From Acutalibacteraceae bacterium (GTDB lineage Bacteria; Bacillota; Clostridia; Oscillospirales; Acutalibacteraceae): a DNA stretch of 64,000 bases. Below, one piece after another: positions 9,282-17,683 of the stretch. The notes beneath the pieces are model-generated. The model saw nothing but the letters and a program-made list of their open reading frames with translations, ran no database searches and was not told the DNA's origin. Position 1 is the first letter of the stretch; every line of letters begins with the position of its first letter. Location of the stretch: assembly GCA_045589015.1 (NCBI GenBank), contig JAZNFG010000053.1:5118-69117 (forward strand), read 5' to 3'. Position numbers and translations under genes: made by a program.

Positions 9282-9716
9282 TTACAGCTCTTTTCTGAAG
9301 CAAACTATTCTGTTCACCTCTTCAAAGCCTAAGGCGTAATGAAAATTCAAGCTGTCGGAATTCTCAATTTCGCAGTCGCTTGCGAATTCCGTACAGCCTT
9401 TTTCTTTCGCCCATAACTCACATTCGTGCAACAGTTCTTTTGCGTAGCCTTTATGCTGATATTCGGGAACAACGAATATTCCTTCCAGATAACCGACGGG
9501 AGATGAGTGTGTACCCTCAACATAATCGTGGCGAAGCTGACATTGTGCAAAGCCAACGGGAATATCATCAATATATTTTATAAAACAAACAGAATCTTTG
9601 TTTAAAACAATCTCGGCAAAGTCTGCATCAAGTTCCGAAACTGTGTGATTACTCCACATTTGTATTGCTAATTCTGCTAATATCCTTGTGTCGTTTGGGG
9701 TTGCTTTTCTTATCAT
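9282..9716 (-). CDS. AAC(6')-I-family-like aminoglycoside N-acetyltransferase (GNAT)
   Basis: GFAQCQLRHDYVEGTHSSPVGYLEGIFVVPEYQHKGYAKELL...GCTEFASDCEIENSDSLNFHYALGFEEVNRIVCFRKEL closely follows the AAC(6')-I pattern (RHDYV.G..SSPV..LEGI.V, GC.E.ASD, ALGFEE). The ATG at 9716 follows AAGAGGTG and overlaps the upstream stop as ATGA. Confidence 0.7.
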   Translation of the reverse strand: MIRKATPNDTRILAELAIQMWSNHTVSELDADFAEIVLNKDSVCFIKYIDDIPVGFAQCQLRHDYVEGTHSSPVGYLEGIFVVPEYQHKGYAKELLHECELWAKEKGCTEFASDCEIENSDSLNFHYALGFEEVNRIVCFRKEL

Positions 9717-10588
9717 AGTCGCACCTCTTTTGTGTACCAACTTGGCACGGGATTCTGCATATTGTCATACCATTCAAGCACTTCGTTTGCGAGCTTTCGC
9801 ATAGTCTGAACTTCGCCTTCACCATACGGAATTGCCCACGGCAGAGAGGTGATTGTACCAAGGCAGATATACAATGCAAGAAGCTTCCAGAACTCAATAG
9901 GCACATCATTGTCAAAATATCCGTTGACGATACCCGAAGCGAAAAGCGGAGAAGCCTGTGCACACCAAGTGATACTCTTGAATTCTTCCCAAGGATCGCC
10001 GAAATCATAGCGGTCAAAATCGATAATAACAACCTTGTCGTTTTCAATCATCATATTGCCGATGTGATAATCACCGTGCTGAAACACCTGCGGTCTGCCT
10101 TTGAGCAGATAACGGTTTGCGTTGATGAAGTCAATAAAAGACTGACCGTTATCATATTTCAGCGAACATTCGTTATATTTTCTGATTCTCAAATCAGCCT
10201 TATCGTTTATACGGGTTTCCCAATCAGGTTGGTTTTCGGGTGCAGGGATTGAATGAATTTTCTTCAGAATTCTGCCTGCTTCAAGACCGAGTGCATACTG
10301 CTCGGAATCAGCAAGATACGGTATAATCTCATTTGCATCCTTACCGTCAATCCAAGTCTGTAAAGTATAAACACCTTCGTCGCACTTTCCGAAGTCAACA
10401 GGTTTGCACATAGGAACACCGAGCTTTTCAACCTCTTTTTGCATAAGGTACATATTTTCACGATTGGCACTTTTGTCAAAAGGTGTAATACGCAGAAGAT
10501 ATTTAGTACCGTCGGCGGTTATAACACAGAATTTTTTGTCGCATGACCAACCTTTATTTATGGGTTCTTTTGATATGAATTCAATCAT
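9713..10588 (-). CDS. Aminoglycoside/antibiotic phosphotransferase (APH) family kinase
   Basis: APH catalytic loop and metal-binding region FQHGDYHIGNMMIENDKVVIIDFDRYDFGDPWEEF. There are ATGA overlaps at both ends (9713-9716 and 10585-10588). Confidence 0.7.
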   Translation of the reverse strand: MIEFISKEPINKGWSCDKKFCVITADGTKYLLRITPFDKSANRENMYLMQKEVEKLGVPMCKPVDFGKCDEGVYTLQTWIDGKDANEIIPYLADSEQYALGLEAGRILKKIHSIPAPENQPDWETRINDKADLRIRKYNECSLKYDNGQSFIDFINANRYLLKGRPQVFQHGDYHIGNMMIENDKVVIIDFDRYDFGDPWEEFKSITWCAQASPLFASGIVNGYFDNDVPIEFWKLLALYICLGTITSLPWAIPYGEGEVQTMRKLANEVLEWYDNMQNPVPSWYTKEVRL

Positions 10589-11496
10589 TGGCTCAATCCC
10601 ATTTCTTTCATTTTCTTTATCAATCTTTTTGCACGGAACATCAGATAATCGTGTCCCATTTCACCCAAGAGAATATACCAATTCAGCTCGTTGCACAGGG
10701 CATAAAGTTCGACTTTTAAATCGCAGTATTTCGAGGTCGGATTTCTCTTTTTATATTCATCATAAAGCTTGAGCTTTTCACCGAAGCCGAGTGTAAGACA
10801 GAATATCTCATATTCGGGTTCTGCCCACAGCATATCGAACGGGTCAACCGCACCTGCAAGCTCGGATTTCCAAAAATCAATTATCAGATTCGGCATCCAG
10901 AAATCGCCGTGACAAAGGCAGGCGGTGTTGTCGGTAACGCTGAATATTTCATCGAAATTCTTGTTGATAAACTCAACCGCTTCCATAATCTCGGGTTCAA
11001 TTTCGTTTTTCTCAAATTTCGCTTTTGTAAAAGCGTAAATATCGACGAAATAATCTTTATAATACTCCGCCCAAGTGTCATAAACAGGGGTGTTGTATTT
11101 GCCGAACTTGTCGTTATGCACGCTTTGTGCGTTCATAAGAGCATCAATAATACTGTTTCTGAGCCGTTTTCTTGACGGAACAAATGCAAGATATTTGCTC
11201 TTACCGCTCATTCCTTTTATGTAATCCATACCGAGATAAACGGCGTCATTTTCACGGTGTAGAAAATATGTTTTCGGAACTTTATATGAAACCTTGGGAG
11301 AAAGAAAATCAAGCATATCCTTTTCTTTACAAATTGCATCATAGAATTTGCTCGTTTTGACTGCAATTTCATAAGGCTTGGTTGTGATTTTTACAAGACA
11401 AACACTTCCGCTTGCACCCTTGCCGACAGCACGGATTTTGCTGACCTTCGTGTTCATTTGCTTTTCAACAACCGATTTGATTAAATCTGTATTCAT
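10585..11496 (-). CDS. Second APH/fructosamine-kinase-superfamily phosphotransferase
   Basis: Glycine-rich N-lobe VGKGASGSVCLV...IAVK and catalytic region CLCHGDFWMPNLIID...DPFDMLWAEPEYE. It is a distinct paralogue of the downstream kinase. Confidence 0.6.
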   Translation of the reverse strand: MNTDLIKSVVEKQMNTKVSKIRAVGKGASGSVCLVKITTKPYEIAVKTSKFYDAICKEKDMLDFLSPKVSYKVPKTYFLHRENDAVYLGMDYIKGMSGKSKYLAFVPSRKRLRNSIIDALMNAQSVHNDKFGKYNTPVYDTWAEYYKDYFVDIYAFTKAKFEKNEIEPEIMEAVEFINKNFDEIFSVTDNTACLCHGDFWMPNLIIDFWKSELAGAVDPFDMLWAEPEYEIFCLTLGFGEKLKLYDEYKKRNPTSKYCDLKVELYALCNELNWYILLGEMGHDYLMFRAKRLIKKMKEMGLSQ

Positions 11497-11509
11497 AGAA
11501 ATTGTCCTT

Positions 11510-12094
11510 TTATATCAAAATAAATCCCATCAGCAGACCGCCCGCAAAACCTGAAATATGCTCAAAAGCGGTTGCTTTGCCCATAAACATACCGCCAACT
11601 GTGTAAATTGCCAGAACTATCAACGCAATCGCAGGTACGGGCGAAAAGAAAATAGTTCCGTTTTTGACGGCAAGCATAACAAACACGGCAATCAGACCGT
11701 AGATGCCCGTTGATGCGCCTTCACCCTCGTGAAGCTTATACATAAATGCCATAAACAAGCCCGATATGAACGCAGAGCCGATAAAGCATAGTGCGGTTTT
11801 TAACGAGCCGAGCTGAGATTCAACGGCATATCCGACAATGAGGGTTGCGGCTACGTTTGAAATAATGTGCCACGTTCCGATATGGAGAAGCGATGACGAT
11901 ACCAACCGCCAGACTTGTCCCTTTTTGATTTTCTTTTCGGACAGATGCAGTGCGTGGTTTATGCAGCCTTTGTTGTGTCCCGCCCACAGCTTTTCTTTGA
12001 ACGTTACCGTTTCTGTTTTGGGGATTACGATGAAATTATCGAGGATATAGATTAAAATGATAATTGCACAGAATATTAATGTAAATACAGGCAT
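11510..12094 (-). CDS. Rhomboid-family intramembrane serine protease
   Basis: Six or more TM segments. Contains WRLVSSSLLH, the GASTGIYGL catalytic Ser motif and the HISGFAGGLLMG catalytic His motif. The start is placed at the ATG 6 nt after AAGGAGA. Confidence 0.75.
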   Translation of the reverse strand: MPVFTLIFCAIIILIYILDNFIVIPKTETVTFKEKLWAGHNKGCINHALHLSEKKIKKGQVWRLVSSSLLHIGTWHIISNVAATLIVGYAVESQLGSLKTALCFIGSAFISGLFMAFMYKLHEGEGASTGIYGLIAVFVMLAVKNGTIFFSPVPAIALIVLAIYTVGGMFMGKATAFEHISGFAGGLLMGFILI

Positions 12095-12114
12095 ATTCAT
12101 TCTCCTTCATAGTT

Positions 12115-12909
12115 TCAAATGTTTTTCTTCAACCACTTCACAGATTGCATCAATCCGTCAACAGTCTTTGTTTCCAAAACCACACGGCAGTTATACTTAT
12201 TGGCAAGGATGATATATTTTTCAATATCCATTTCCCCCGTGCCGAGAGCAAGGTGATTTTTCTTGCCTTGTGCATCGTGCAAATGAATATGCTGCAGACG
12301 GTCTTTGTGCTTCATAACAAATTCTTCATCAGTACCGCCTATTCCGTGATTGTGCCCCACATCAAAAGTCAGCGCGAAAACCTTGCTTTTCAAAAGCAGT
12401 TCAATGGCTTCTTTCTGAAACTCCTCATATCCGTCACAGTTCTCGATACAAATTTTTATATCAGCATCACCAACAGCGTTTTCGCACATATCTCTGAAAA
12501 GAGCAATACTTTTAAGATATTGCTCTATATATTCCGAGAAAAGGAAAACCTTTCTGTCAGGGAGGGTGAAATACACACCCTTTGATATATGCATATTAAT
12601 GACCCTGATACCAAGCTGCTTGGCAATTTCAATGGCATTAGCAACGGTTTTCATATAAGCTTCTGCAACGTAAGGGTTAAAATCGCTGACATTCAGATTT
12701 TCGTCAAGGTGAATAGTGTAATAAATACCGTATTTATCGGCGATACTTCTGAAATAATCCGCATCAATTTTTTGGAGCTGATATTGCGGCAGATTCATAT
12801 TAAGTTCAATGAAATCAAGTTCCAATTCCGCACACAATTCCGCACATTCTTCAAGCGTAGCCGTTTCAATCAATGTGGGCATACCAAAGCTCATATCCTC
12901 GAATGACAT
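12115..12909 (-). CDS. Sugar phosphate isomerase/epimerase (xylose-isomerase-like TIM barrel)
   Basis: LDFIELN, VINMH, FDVGH and HIHLHDAQGKKNHLALGTGEMD are metal-ligand motifs typical of the AP_endonuc_2/TIM family. GAGAGGTG RBS before the ATG at 12909. Confidence 0.65.
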   Translation of the reverse strand: MSFEDMSFGMPTLIETATLEECAELCAELELDFIELNMNLPQYQLQKIDADYFRSIADKYGIYYTIHLDENLNVSDFNPYVAEAYMKTVANAIEIAKQLGIRVINMHISKGVYFTLPDRKVFLFSEYIEQYLKSIALFRDMCENAVGDADIKICIENCDGYEEFQKEAIELLLKSKVFALTFDVGHNHGIGGTDEEFVMKHKDRLQHIHLHDAQGKKNHLALGTGEMDIEKYIILANKYNCRVVLETKTVDGLMQSVKWLKKNI

Positions 12910-12999
12910 TATAATCACCTCTCTCAAATCTTATCAGGTCATCACGTATCAGTTTCAAATACTGCGGCAAAAAAAGAGATGTGTTCCCTTTATTGAGCA

Positions 13000-13551
13000 T
13001 TATAAGTATTTTTGCATATACACTAAATTCTGATAGCTTCCGTCTCTCAGCTTATATGCCTTCGGTTTTTTTGAAGCCTCACAGAAACCGAATTTCTCGT
13101 ATAAAGCTTTTGCTCTTTCATTTCCTTCTACATATTCAAGCTCAAGAATCTCAGTATTCTTATGCTTTTCGGCAGCTTGAACAATTTCATCAAAAAATGC
13201 TGACCCGATTCCTATATTCCAATACTTTTTTCTAACAGAAATACCGATTCCTGCCCTGTGAAAGCTTTTAGAGCCGGAAGAAAAGGATATTTCACAGCAC
13301 CCCGCGGCTTCTCCGTCAATGAAGCAGGTAATTACCAGGTCATTTGCCGATTCACGGTTATTACGAATCCAGTTTTCCTCGCTTTCAACAGATGCTTTTG
13401 CCCAATCCTCATAATAACGGGCAAGAAAATCCGTTTCACCGCTTGCCGTTCTTATAAGGTCAAGCATTTTTTCTCCGTCGGAAATCTCGGGAGTTTTAAG
13501 AACTGCGGTTATGCCGTTTTTTAGCTTGATTTGCTTTTCTTCAAAAATCAT
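13000..13551 (-). CDS. GNAT-family N-acetyltransferase
   Basis: Acetyl-CoA-binding region GISVRKKYWNIGIGSAFF and C-terminal ALYEKFGF. The ATG at 13551 lies 6 nt after GAGGTG. The track start at 13560 is a GTG inside the RBS. Confidence 0.7.
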   Translation of the reverse strand: MIFEEKQIKLKNGITAVLKTPEISDGEKMLDLIRTASGETDFLARYYEDWAKASVESEENWIRNNRESANDLVITCFIDGEAAGCCEISFSSGSKSFHRAGIGISVRKKYWNIGIGSAFFDEIVQAAEKHKNTEILELEYVEGNERAKALYEKFGFCEASKKPKAYKLRDGSYQNLVYMQKYL

Positions 13552-13562
13552 TTTTATCACCT

Positions 13563-13604
13563 CAAAAAATTCAAGGCACCTCCGAGAGAATACGGAGATG
13601 CCTT
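13563..13604 (-). terminator. Intrinsic terminator/attenuator inside the 5' leader of the GNAT gene
   Basis: On the minus strand, AAGGCATCTCCG-tattctct-CGGAGGTGCCTT is followed by GAATTTTTT. It ends only about 5 nt before the GAGGTG RBS of the 13551 start. Confidence 0.65.
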
Positions 13605-13630
13605 TGCGTTTACGTAAAGCTTTTCCTTCA

Positions 13631-13687
13631 TCAATCGCAAACAGACAAAAACGCTCTCCGACTTGTAACCACGACCATCATTGACAT
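13631..13687 (-). CDS. Candidate 18-aa leader peptide (MSMMVVVTSRRAFLSVCD) in the GNAT leader
   Basis: ATG at 13687 and TGA at 13631-13633. It lies between the candidate promoter and the attenuator hairpin. The only upstream SD-like element is weak (GGCGGA). Confidence 0.25.
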   Translation of the reverse strand: MSMMVVVTSRRAFLSVCD

Positions 13688-13721
13688 TTTGTCCGCCTGC
13701 CTTTCTTTGTATCTTTTTATC

Positions 13722-13750
13722 ATTTTAAGACTTATATATATTTTTGTCAA
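13722..13750 (-). promoter_or_regulatory. Sigma-A-type promoter candidate driving the leader and GNAT gene (possibly the whole 13551-9282 gene string)
   Basis: On the minus strand: TTGACA (13750-13745), a 17-nt spacer, then TAAAAT (13727-13722). Confidence 0.55.
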
Positions 13751-13790
13751 CAGTTTCCTTTCAATAGCTCAAAAGTGTTCAAATAAAATG

Positions 13791-13821
13791 CAAAAATGCA
13801 GGACATCCGAAGATATCCTGC
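13791..13821 (-). terminator. Intrinsic terminator of the GH3-MFS transcription unit
   Basis: On the minus strand, GCAGGATATC-ttcg-GATGTCCTGC is followed by ATTTTTG, 10 nt after the stop at 13831. Confidence 0.7.
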
Positions 13822-13830
13822 AAAAAGTAT

Positions 13831-15201
13831 TTACTTTTCTTCTTTGACTTCTATCCCCTTTTTCATAAGGATGATAAGAGGAATAAGTGCTACTGCGGCA
13901 GCAACTGCAGCATAAGCAAACATACTTGCAGAGGGAAGAAGCTTCTGAACGTGAACCTCGTTTTCGTAGTAAATCTGTGAGCCCTTGCTTGCAATTTCGC
14001 CGAGCTTAGGACCGATAACCATAGGAATAAGAACAACGAAAATCATTCTGACGCCCTGGAAAAGTCCTGCCTTGCCCTCGGGAGTAAAGTCTCTGACAAG
14101 CGCACCAAGCTGAATGGAGAAAATGAAATATGCAACTACTGCAGGGAGAGCAAATGCAATGAAATAGAAAATATTATTGCCTGCGAACATAGCTCCCATA
14201 AGTCCTACAAAGACAAAAACTATGCTGGGAATGAAAATAGACTTTTTGTCCTTTGCCGCCATTTTCATAAACACAACAGCAACGGCAACCGACACGGCAA
14301 GACCGATAACGACTGCAATAATGGGTAATGCCGAAATCTTGAAGTTTTCAAGTCCGGGAAGAAGCGCATGCTGGATATAAATAAAGAAATACGGAAAAAA
14401 TGTCTGGAAAGCAACGCTGATACAGCAGAATGCGGCAAGAGCAAGATACAGACGGCTGTTTTCTTTAATAACAGAAGGACGGAAGGTATATACAAGATTC
14501 TTGAAATAAGGAATTTTCTCATTTTCAGGGCTCTTGGATTTGGGTTCTTCAAGAATAAACAAACCGAGAACACCGCAAAGGATAACAAAAATACCGAGAC
14601 CGATAAAGAACGTGGTATAAGAAATCGCACCGGACTGTGCAAGAGTATTAAAGACAAGCACAATAACTGTAGCCACAAGCGGAAGAACAGCAAGAACAGC
14701 CTCAACCGTAGGTCTTACGGCAGGTGTTGTAATATCCGTTACCCACGCATTGAATGCAGAGTCGTTACTCGTTGAACCCATAGCAGTCATAATACAGTCC
14801 ATAATTATAACTGCCCATACGCTTGCAAGAAGAATCTTTACTTCATCGGTAATTCCTGTGAGAGACGAAATATTATCCTTTGTAATAAATCCGAAAAGTC
14901 CCGTGACAATACCCCACGCGATATATCCGACAGAAATAAACAGACGTCTGTTTCTGAGCTTATCGCTGAGATTACCCATAATGAAGGTGGTCAGCACGGC
15001 GACAACGGCAGAACAAGCAACCATCATATTTACGGCAGACATTGCTTCAAAGCTTGAAGCAGCCTCCTGAGTTGCATCAGCATAAATAGAATTATACATA
15101 AATACGTTGAAGCACATATTCTCAACATTCCAGGCAAGCTGTCCCGTAAGACTGAAAAGTATTATGTTAAACCAGGTTTTTTTAGTAAGCTTCTTTTCCA
15201 T
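13831..15201 (-). CDS. MFS-type transporter (12 TM)
   Basis: 456 aa and hydrophobic throughout, with the loop motif GNLSDKLRNRRLFI after TM2. GGAGGAG RBS. It lies 23 nt downstream of the GH3 gene. Confidence 0.7.
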   Translation of the reverse strand: MEKKLTKKTWFNIILFSLTGQLAWNVENMCFNVFMYNSIYADATQEAASSFEAMSAVNMMVACSAVVAVLTTFIMGNLSDKLRNRRLFISVGYIAWGIVTGLFGFITKDNISSLTGITDEVKILLASVWAVIIMDCIMTAMGSTSNDSAFNAWVTDITTPAVRPTVEAVLAVLPLVATVIVLVFNTLAQSGAISYTTFFIGLGIFVILCGVLGLFILEEPKSKSPENEKIPYFKNLVYTFRPSVIKENSRLYLALAAFCCISVAFQTFFPYFFIYIQHALLPGLENFKISALPIIAVVIGLAVSVAVAVVFMKMAAKDKKSIFIPSIVFVFVGLMGAMFAGNNIFYFIAFALPAVVAYFIFSIQLGALVRDFTPEGKAGLFQGVRMIFVVLIPMVIGPKLGEIASKGSQIYYENEVHVQKLLPSASMFAYAAVAAAVALIPLIILMKKGIEVKEEK

Positions 15202-15224
15202 AACTCTCCTCCGTAATTAAAGCT

Positions 15225-16916
15225 TTATTTGTTTCGGATCCTTGCAAAGAAGAATTCTTTTCTTTCGGGGGTATTGATAACAACAACGGGCTTAATCTGA
15301 TTGAGTACTCTGCCCTGTGCTACAAGCGAAGATTTATACGCATCGTAAGAACCCGTCTCAAGCTGATAAACGATAGGCTCTCTGAGCATTCCCCAACGTC
15401 TGTATTTATCATACTTTTCGTTGGTTTCTCTGAAGGCGGTATCGATAAATGCTTCAAGCTCCGCTTTATTTACAGTCGGAATATCAGATTCCGTATCACA
15501 CATAAAAGCATATCTGGGAAGAGCACCTTTCTCATCAGTATCACCATAGAAGCTGTAGCCGTTAAATGAAATATTGAACTTTTTCTGAATCTCATTGGCT
15601 ACGTAATCAAGCATCTGCGTGGTAGTCTTTTCGTTTGAAACGTTAAGACCCATATTTGATCTGTAAAGGAATTCAATCTTAGGTGTCTTATTATGCATTC
15701 CCGTAACTCTCACGATATCAAGTATGCGATATCTGTAAAGACCTGAGAAATTAGTCACAATAATTTCGTATTCCTTGCCGACTTCAAGCTCATCCATAAA
15801 CAGAGGTCTTGTTCCGTCGGGGGCATCAACAGGCAGGAACTCATAAATTATACTTCTCGGAAGAAGCACGTAGTCGTTTGCGTTAAGAGTTATCGGCATA
15901 GCCATATAGCCCTCAGAGGCGGCATATCCCATATTATGAAGCGGTATATCTCCGATATATCTGCGTAGCTTTTCAACGTAAACCGAAAGCGTAGAGCTTA
16001 TCATACCGTAGCCCCAGCAAACATTAGGCCATATTCTCTTTGCGATAGGCTCTTCCGTGTCAAAGCCCTTTTCAAATTCAGCGCGAAGCTCGGCGGCTCT
16101 CTTGGGATCGGGCTTTAATTTTTCATACTTTTTACGAAGAGACTCGGGACATCTGACAGACGGGTCAATTGTGCCGTTTTCAATATCCTTGCAAATCATT
16201 TCCCAATTTGCCTCAAGATATTCAAACATTGTAAGCATAAGAGTAATTACCATTGAGCCGAGGTATGTGACCTTGCGGTTGGTAAGAGCAAATCTCAGCT
16301 GAAAATAGGACATATCCGTATGCTCTTCATCCTCAGGGAAAAGAATATCGAGAGGGGTGGTTGAGAAAAACGGAATCAGCGGAAGAAGATATGTAAACGG
16401 AATCTGTCCCGCACCGTTACAACGCATACCGTTCTTAAGAGGATGTCCGTTAAGAGAAAGAAGAAGAGGTCCCATCTGTCCGGGAAGGCTTTTGTAAATA
16501 CCCTTTTCCTTAAAATACTTTGCGGCGCAAGCAGGAGTTGCGGCAAAGCCCATAGACTGCATATTAAAAAGGTCCTTTGCCGTTTTGGGCTGCAGCTTGG
16601 GAATACCAACGCTGCCCGAGGAGGAGCAATATCTTATTACCTTACTGCCTGTGATAACGTTCTCCTCATTATTATCAATCATTCGGTTAATAAGAGGCAG
16701 ATAATCCTCAAAGGTTGAAAGCGGTACCTTATCCTGAAATTCTCTGAGATTATGAATTTCAGAAAAGCCGTATTTTCTTCCGAGCTCACAATCCTTGTTT
16801 CTTTTTATAATTGCTTCAAGTGTTTTTTGCTGGGTCTCCATTGGAATAGAAGTAAAATGATTAAAGCCGGTAAAAACTATATTTCCCAAAAAAACACCGA
16901 TATTGGAAACTGCCAT
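15225..16916 (-). CDS. Bacterial GH3-family (JAR1-like) acyl-adenylate-forming amido-synthetase homologue, copy A
   Basis: GH3 nucleotide-binding motifs: CSSSGSVGIPKLQP (SSGTT-like), MGYAASEGYM (YxxSE-like) and GLYRYRILDIVRV (YRxGD-like). The ATG at 16916 lies 8 nt after AAGGAGA. Confidence 0.7.
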   Translation of the reverse strand: MAVSNIGVFLGNIVFTGFNHFTSIPMETQQKTLEAIIKRNKDCELGRKYGFSEIHNLREFQDKVPLSTFEDYLPLINRMIDNNEENVITGSKVIRYCSSSGSVGIPKLQPKTAKDLFNMQSMGFAATPACAAKYFKEKGIYKSLPGQMGPLLLSLNGHPLKNGMRCNGAGQIPFTYLLPLIPFFSTTPLDILFPEDEEHTDMSYFQLRFALTNRKVTYLGSMVITLMLTMFEYLEANWEMICKDIENGTIDPSVRCPESLRKKYEKLKPDPKRAAELRAEFEKGFDTEEPIAKRIWPNVCWGYGMISSTLSVYVEKLRRYIGDIPLHNMGYAASEGYMAMPITLNANDYVLLPRSIIYEFLPVDAPDGTRPLFMDELEVGKEYEIIVTNFSGLYRYRILDIVRVTGMHNKTPKIEFLYRSNMGLNVSNEKTTTQMLDYVANEIQKKFNISFNGYSFYGDTDEKGALPRYAFMCDTESDIPTVNKAELEAFIDTAFRETNEKYDKYRRWGMLREPIVYQLETGSYDAYKSSLVAQGRVLNQIKPVVVINTPERKEFFFARIRNK

Positions 16917-17013
16917 ATACACTATCTCCTTTTTAAATTTTCATATAATTTTATCACAACATTGTTAATCTTTCAACTCTAATATTTATCATTTAAGTTA
17001 TTTACACGCTAAA

Positions 17014-17547
17014 TTATTTTTTCTTATGCTCGCCGATATGCTTTTCCATCCATATCATATCATACCAGCGTTCAAATTTATAAGCGCATTTATTAAAGCG
17101 TCCGACAAAGCTGTAATCCATGTGTGAATGAAACTGCATACTGTTATTGTTGAGATACTCATCCGCTTCTTCAATAAAAGCTATACAGGCATTTACATTC
17201 TCATACCCCATAGCTTTCAGCTCCTCCTCAAGCTTTTGCAGAAGTGCTTTGCCGAAGCCGTTTTTCTGAAGGCCGTTTCTGAGATAGATGGTCGTTTCCA
17301 CCGAATATTTGTAGGCCTCTCTCGTTTTGAACGGACCTGCATAAGCATAACCTGCAATTTCTCCGCAGTATTCAAGGACAAGATAAGGATATTTTTTAAG
17401 AGTTCCTGCTATACGGTCACGGAATTCTTCAACAGAAGGAACGTCATATTCAAAGGAAATCGCAGTATTAAGCACGTAATAAGAATAAATTTCTCTTATT
17501 GCCGCAGCATCATCAACCGTGGCATATCTTATAAAAAAGTCCGTCAT
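17014..17547 (-). CDS. GNAT acetyltransferase, phosphinothricin/methionine-sulfoximine N-acetyltransferase-like
   Basis: IRYATVDDAAAIREIYSYYVLNTAISFEYDVPSVEEF...AGYAYAGPFKTREAYKYSVETTIYL...GFGKALL is the typical PAT-family pattern. GAGGTG RBS. Confidence 0.65.
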   Translation of the reverse strand: MTDFFIRYATVDDAAAIREIYSYYVLNTAISFEYDVPSVEEFRDRIAGTLKKYPYLVLEYCGEIAGYAYAGPFKTREAYKYSVETTIYLRNGLQKNGFGKALLQKLEEELKAMGYENVNACIAFIEEADEYLNNNSMQFHSHMDYSFVGRFNKCAYKFERWYDMIWMEKHIGEHKKK

Positions 17548-17683
17548 AGCTCACCTCTTCCGTTTTTCTACAGTATATATCAATACAGCTTTAATGTAAA
17601 TATTAAAAGCATATTTATTCATTTGTTGACGGAAAAAATAACTTGTGTTATCATAAGCTTAACACAAGAACGGAGTTGATTGT

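Noticed and set aside
12145-12585. Antisense or nested ORFs inside long CDSs. Examples are 12145..12585, 14265..14705, 17128..17679, 20583..21233, 27657..28217, 29723..30163, 31149..31583, 34616..35104, 36709..37197, 38360..38725, 40077..40460, 43847..44215, 44567..44938 and 54517..54867.
   Set aside because: Each lies fully within, and opposite to or out of frame with, a gene that has strong family motifs. Their translations are low-complexity or Ser/Leu/Arg/Ile-rich, lack RBSs, and are the usual shadow ORFs of AT-rich coding DNA.
13552-13720. Assigning the GNAT leader to a known riboswitch class (I considered ykkC/guanidine, ZTP, glutamine and preQ1)
   Set aside because: Only loose resemblances were seen, for example GTCGGAGAGC versus the GGTCCGAGAG of ykkC. 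The other conserved elements of those classes are not visible. It is left as an unclassified leader/attenuator pending a covariance-model scan.
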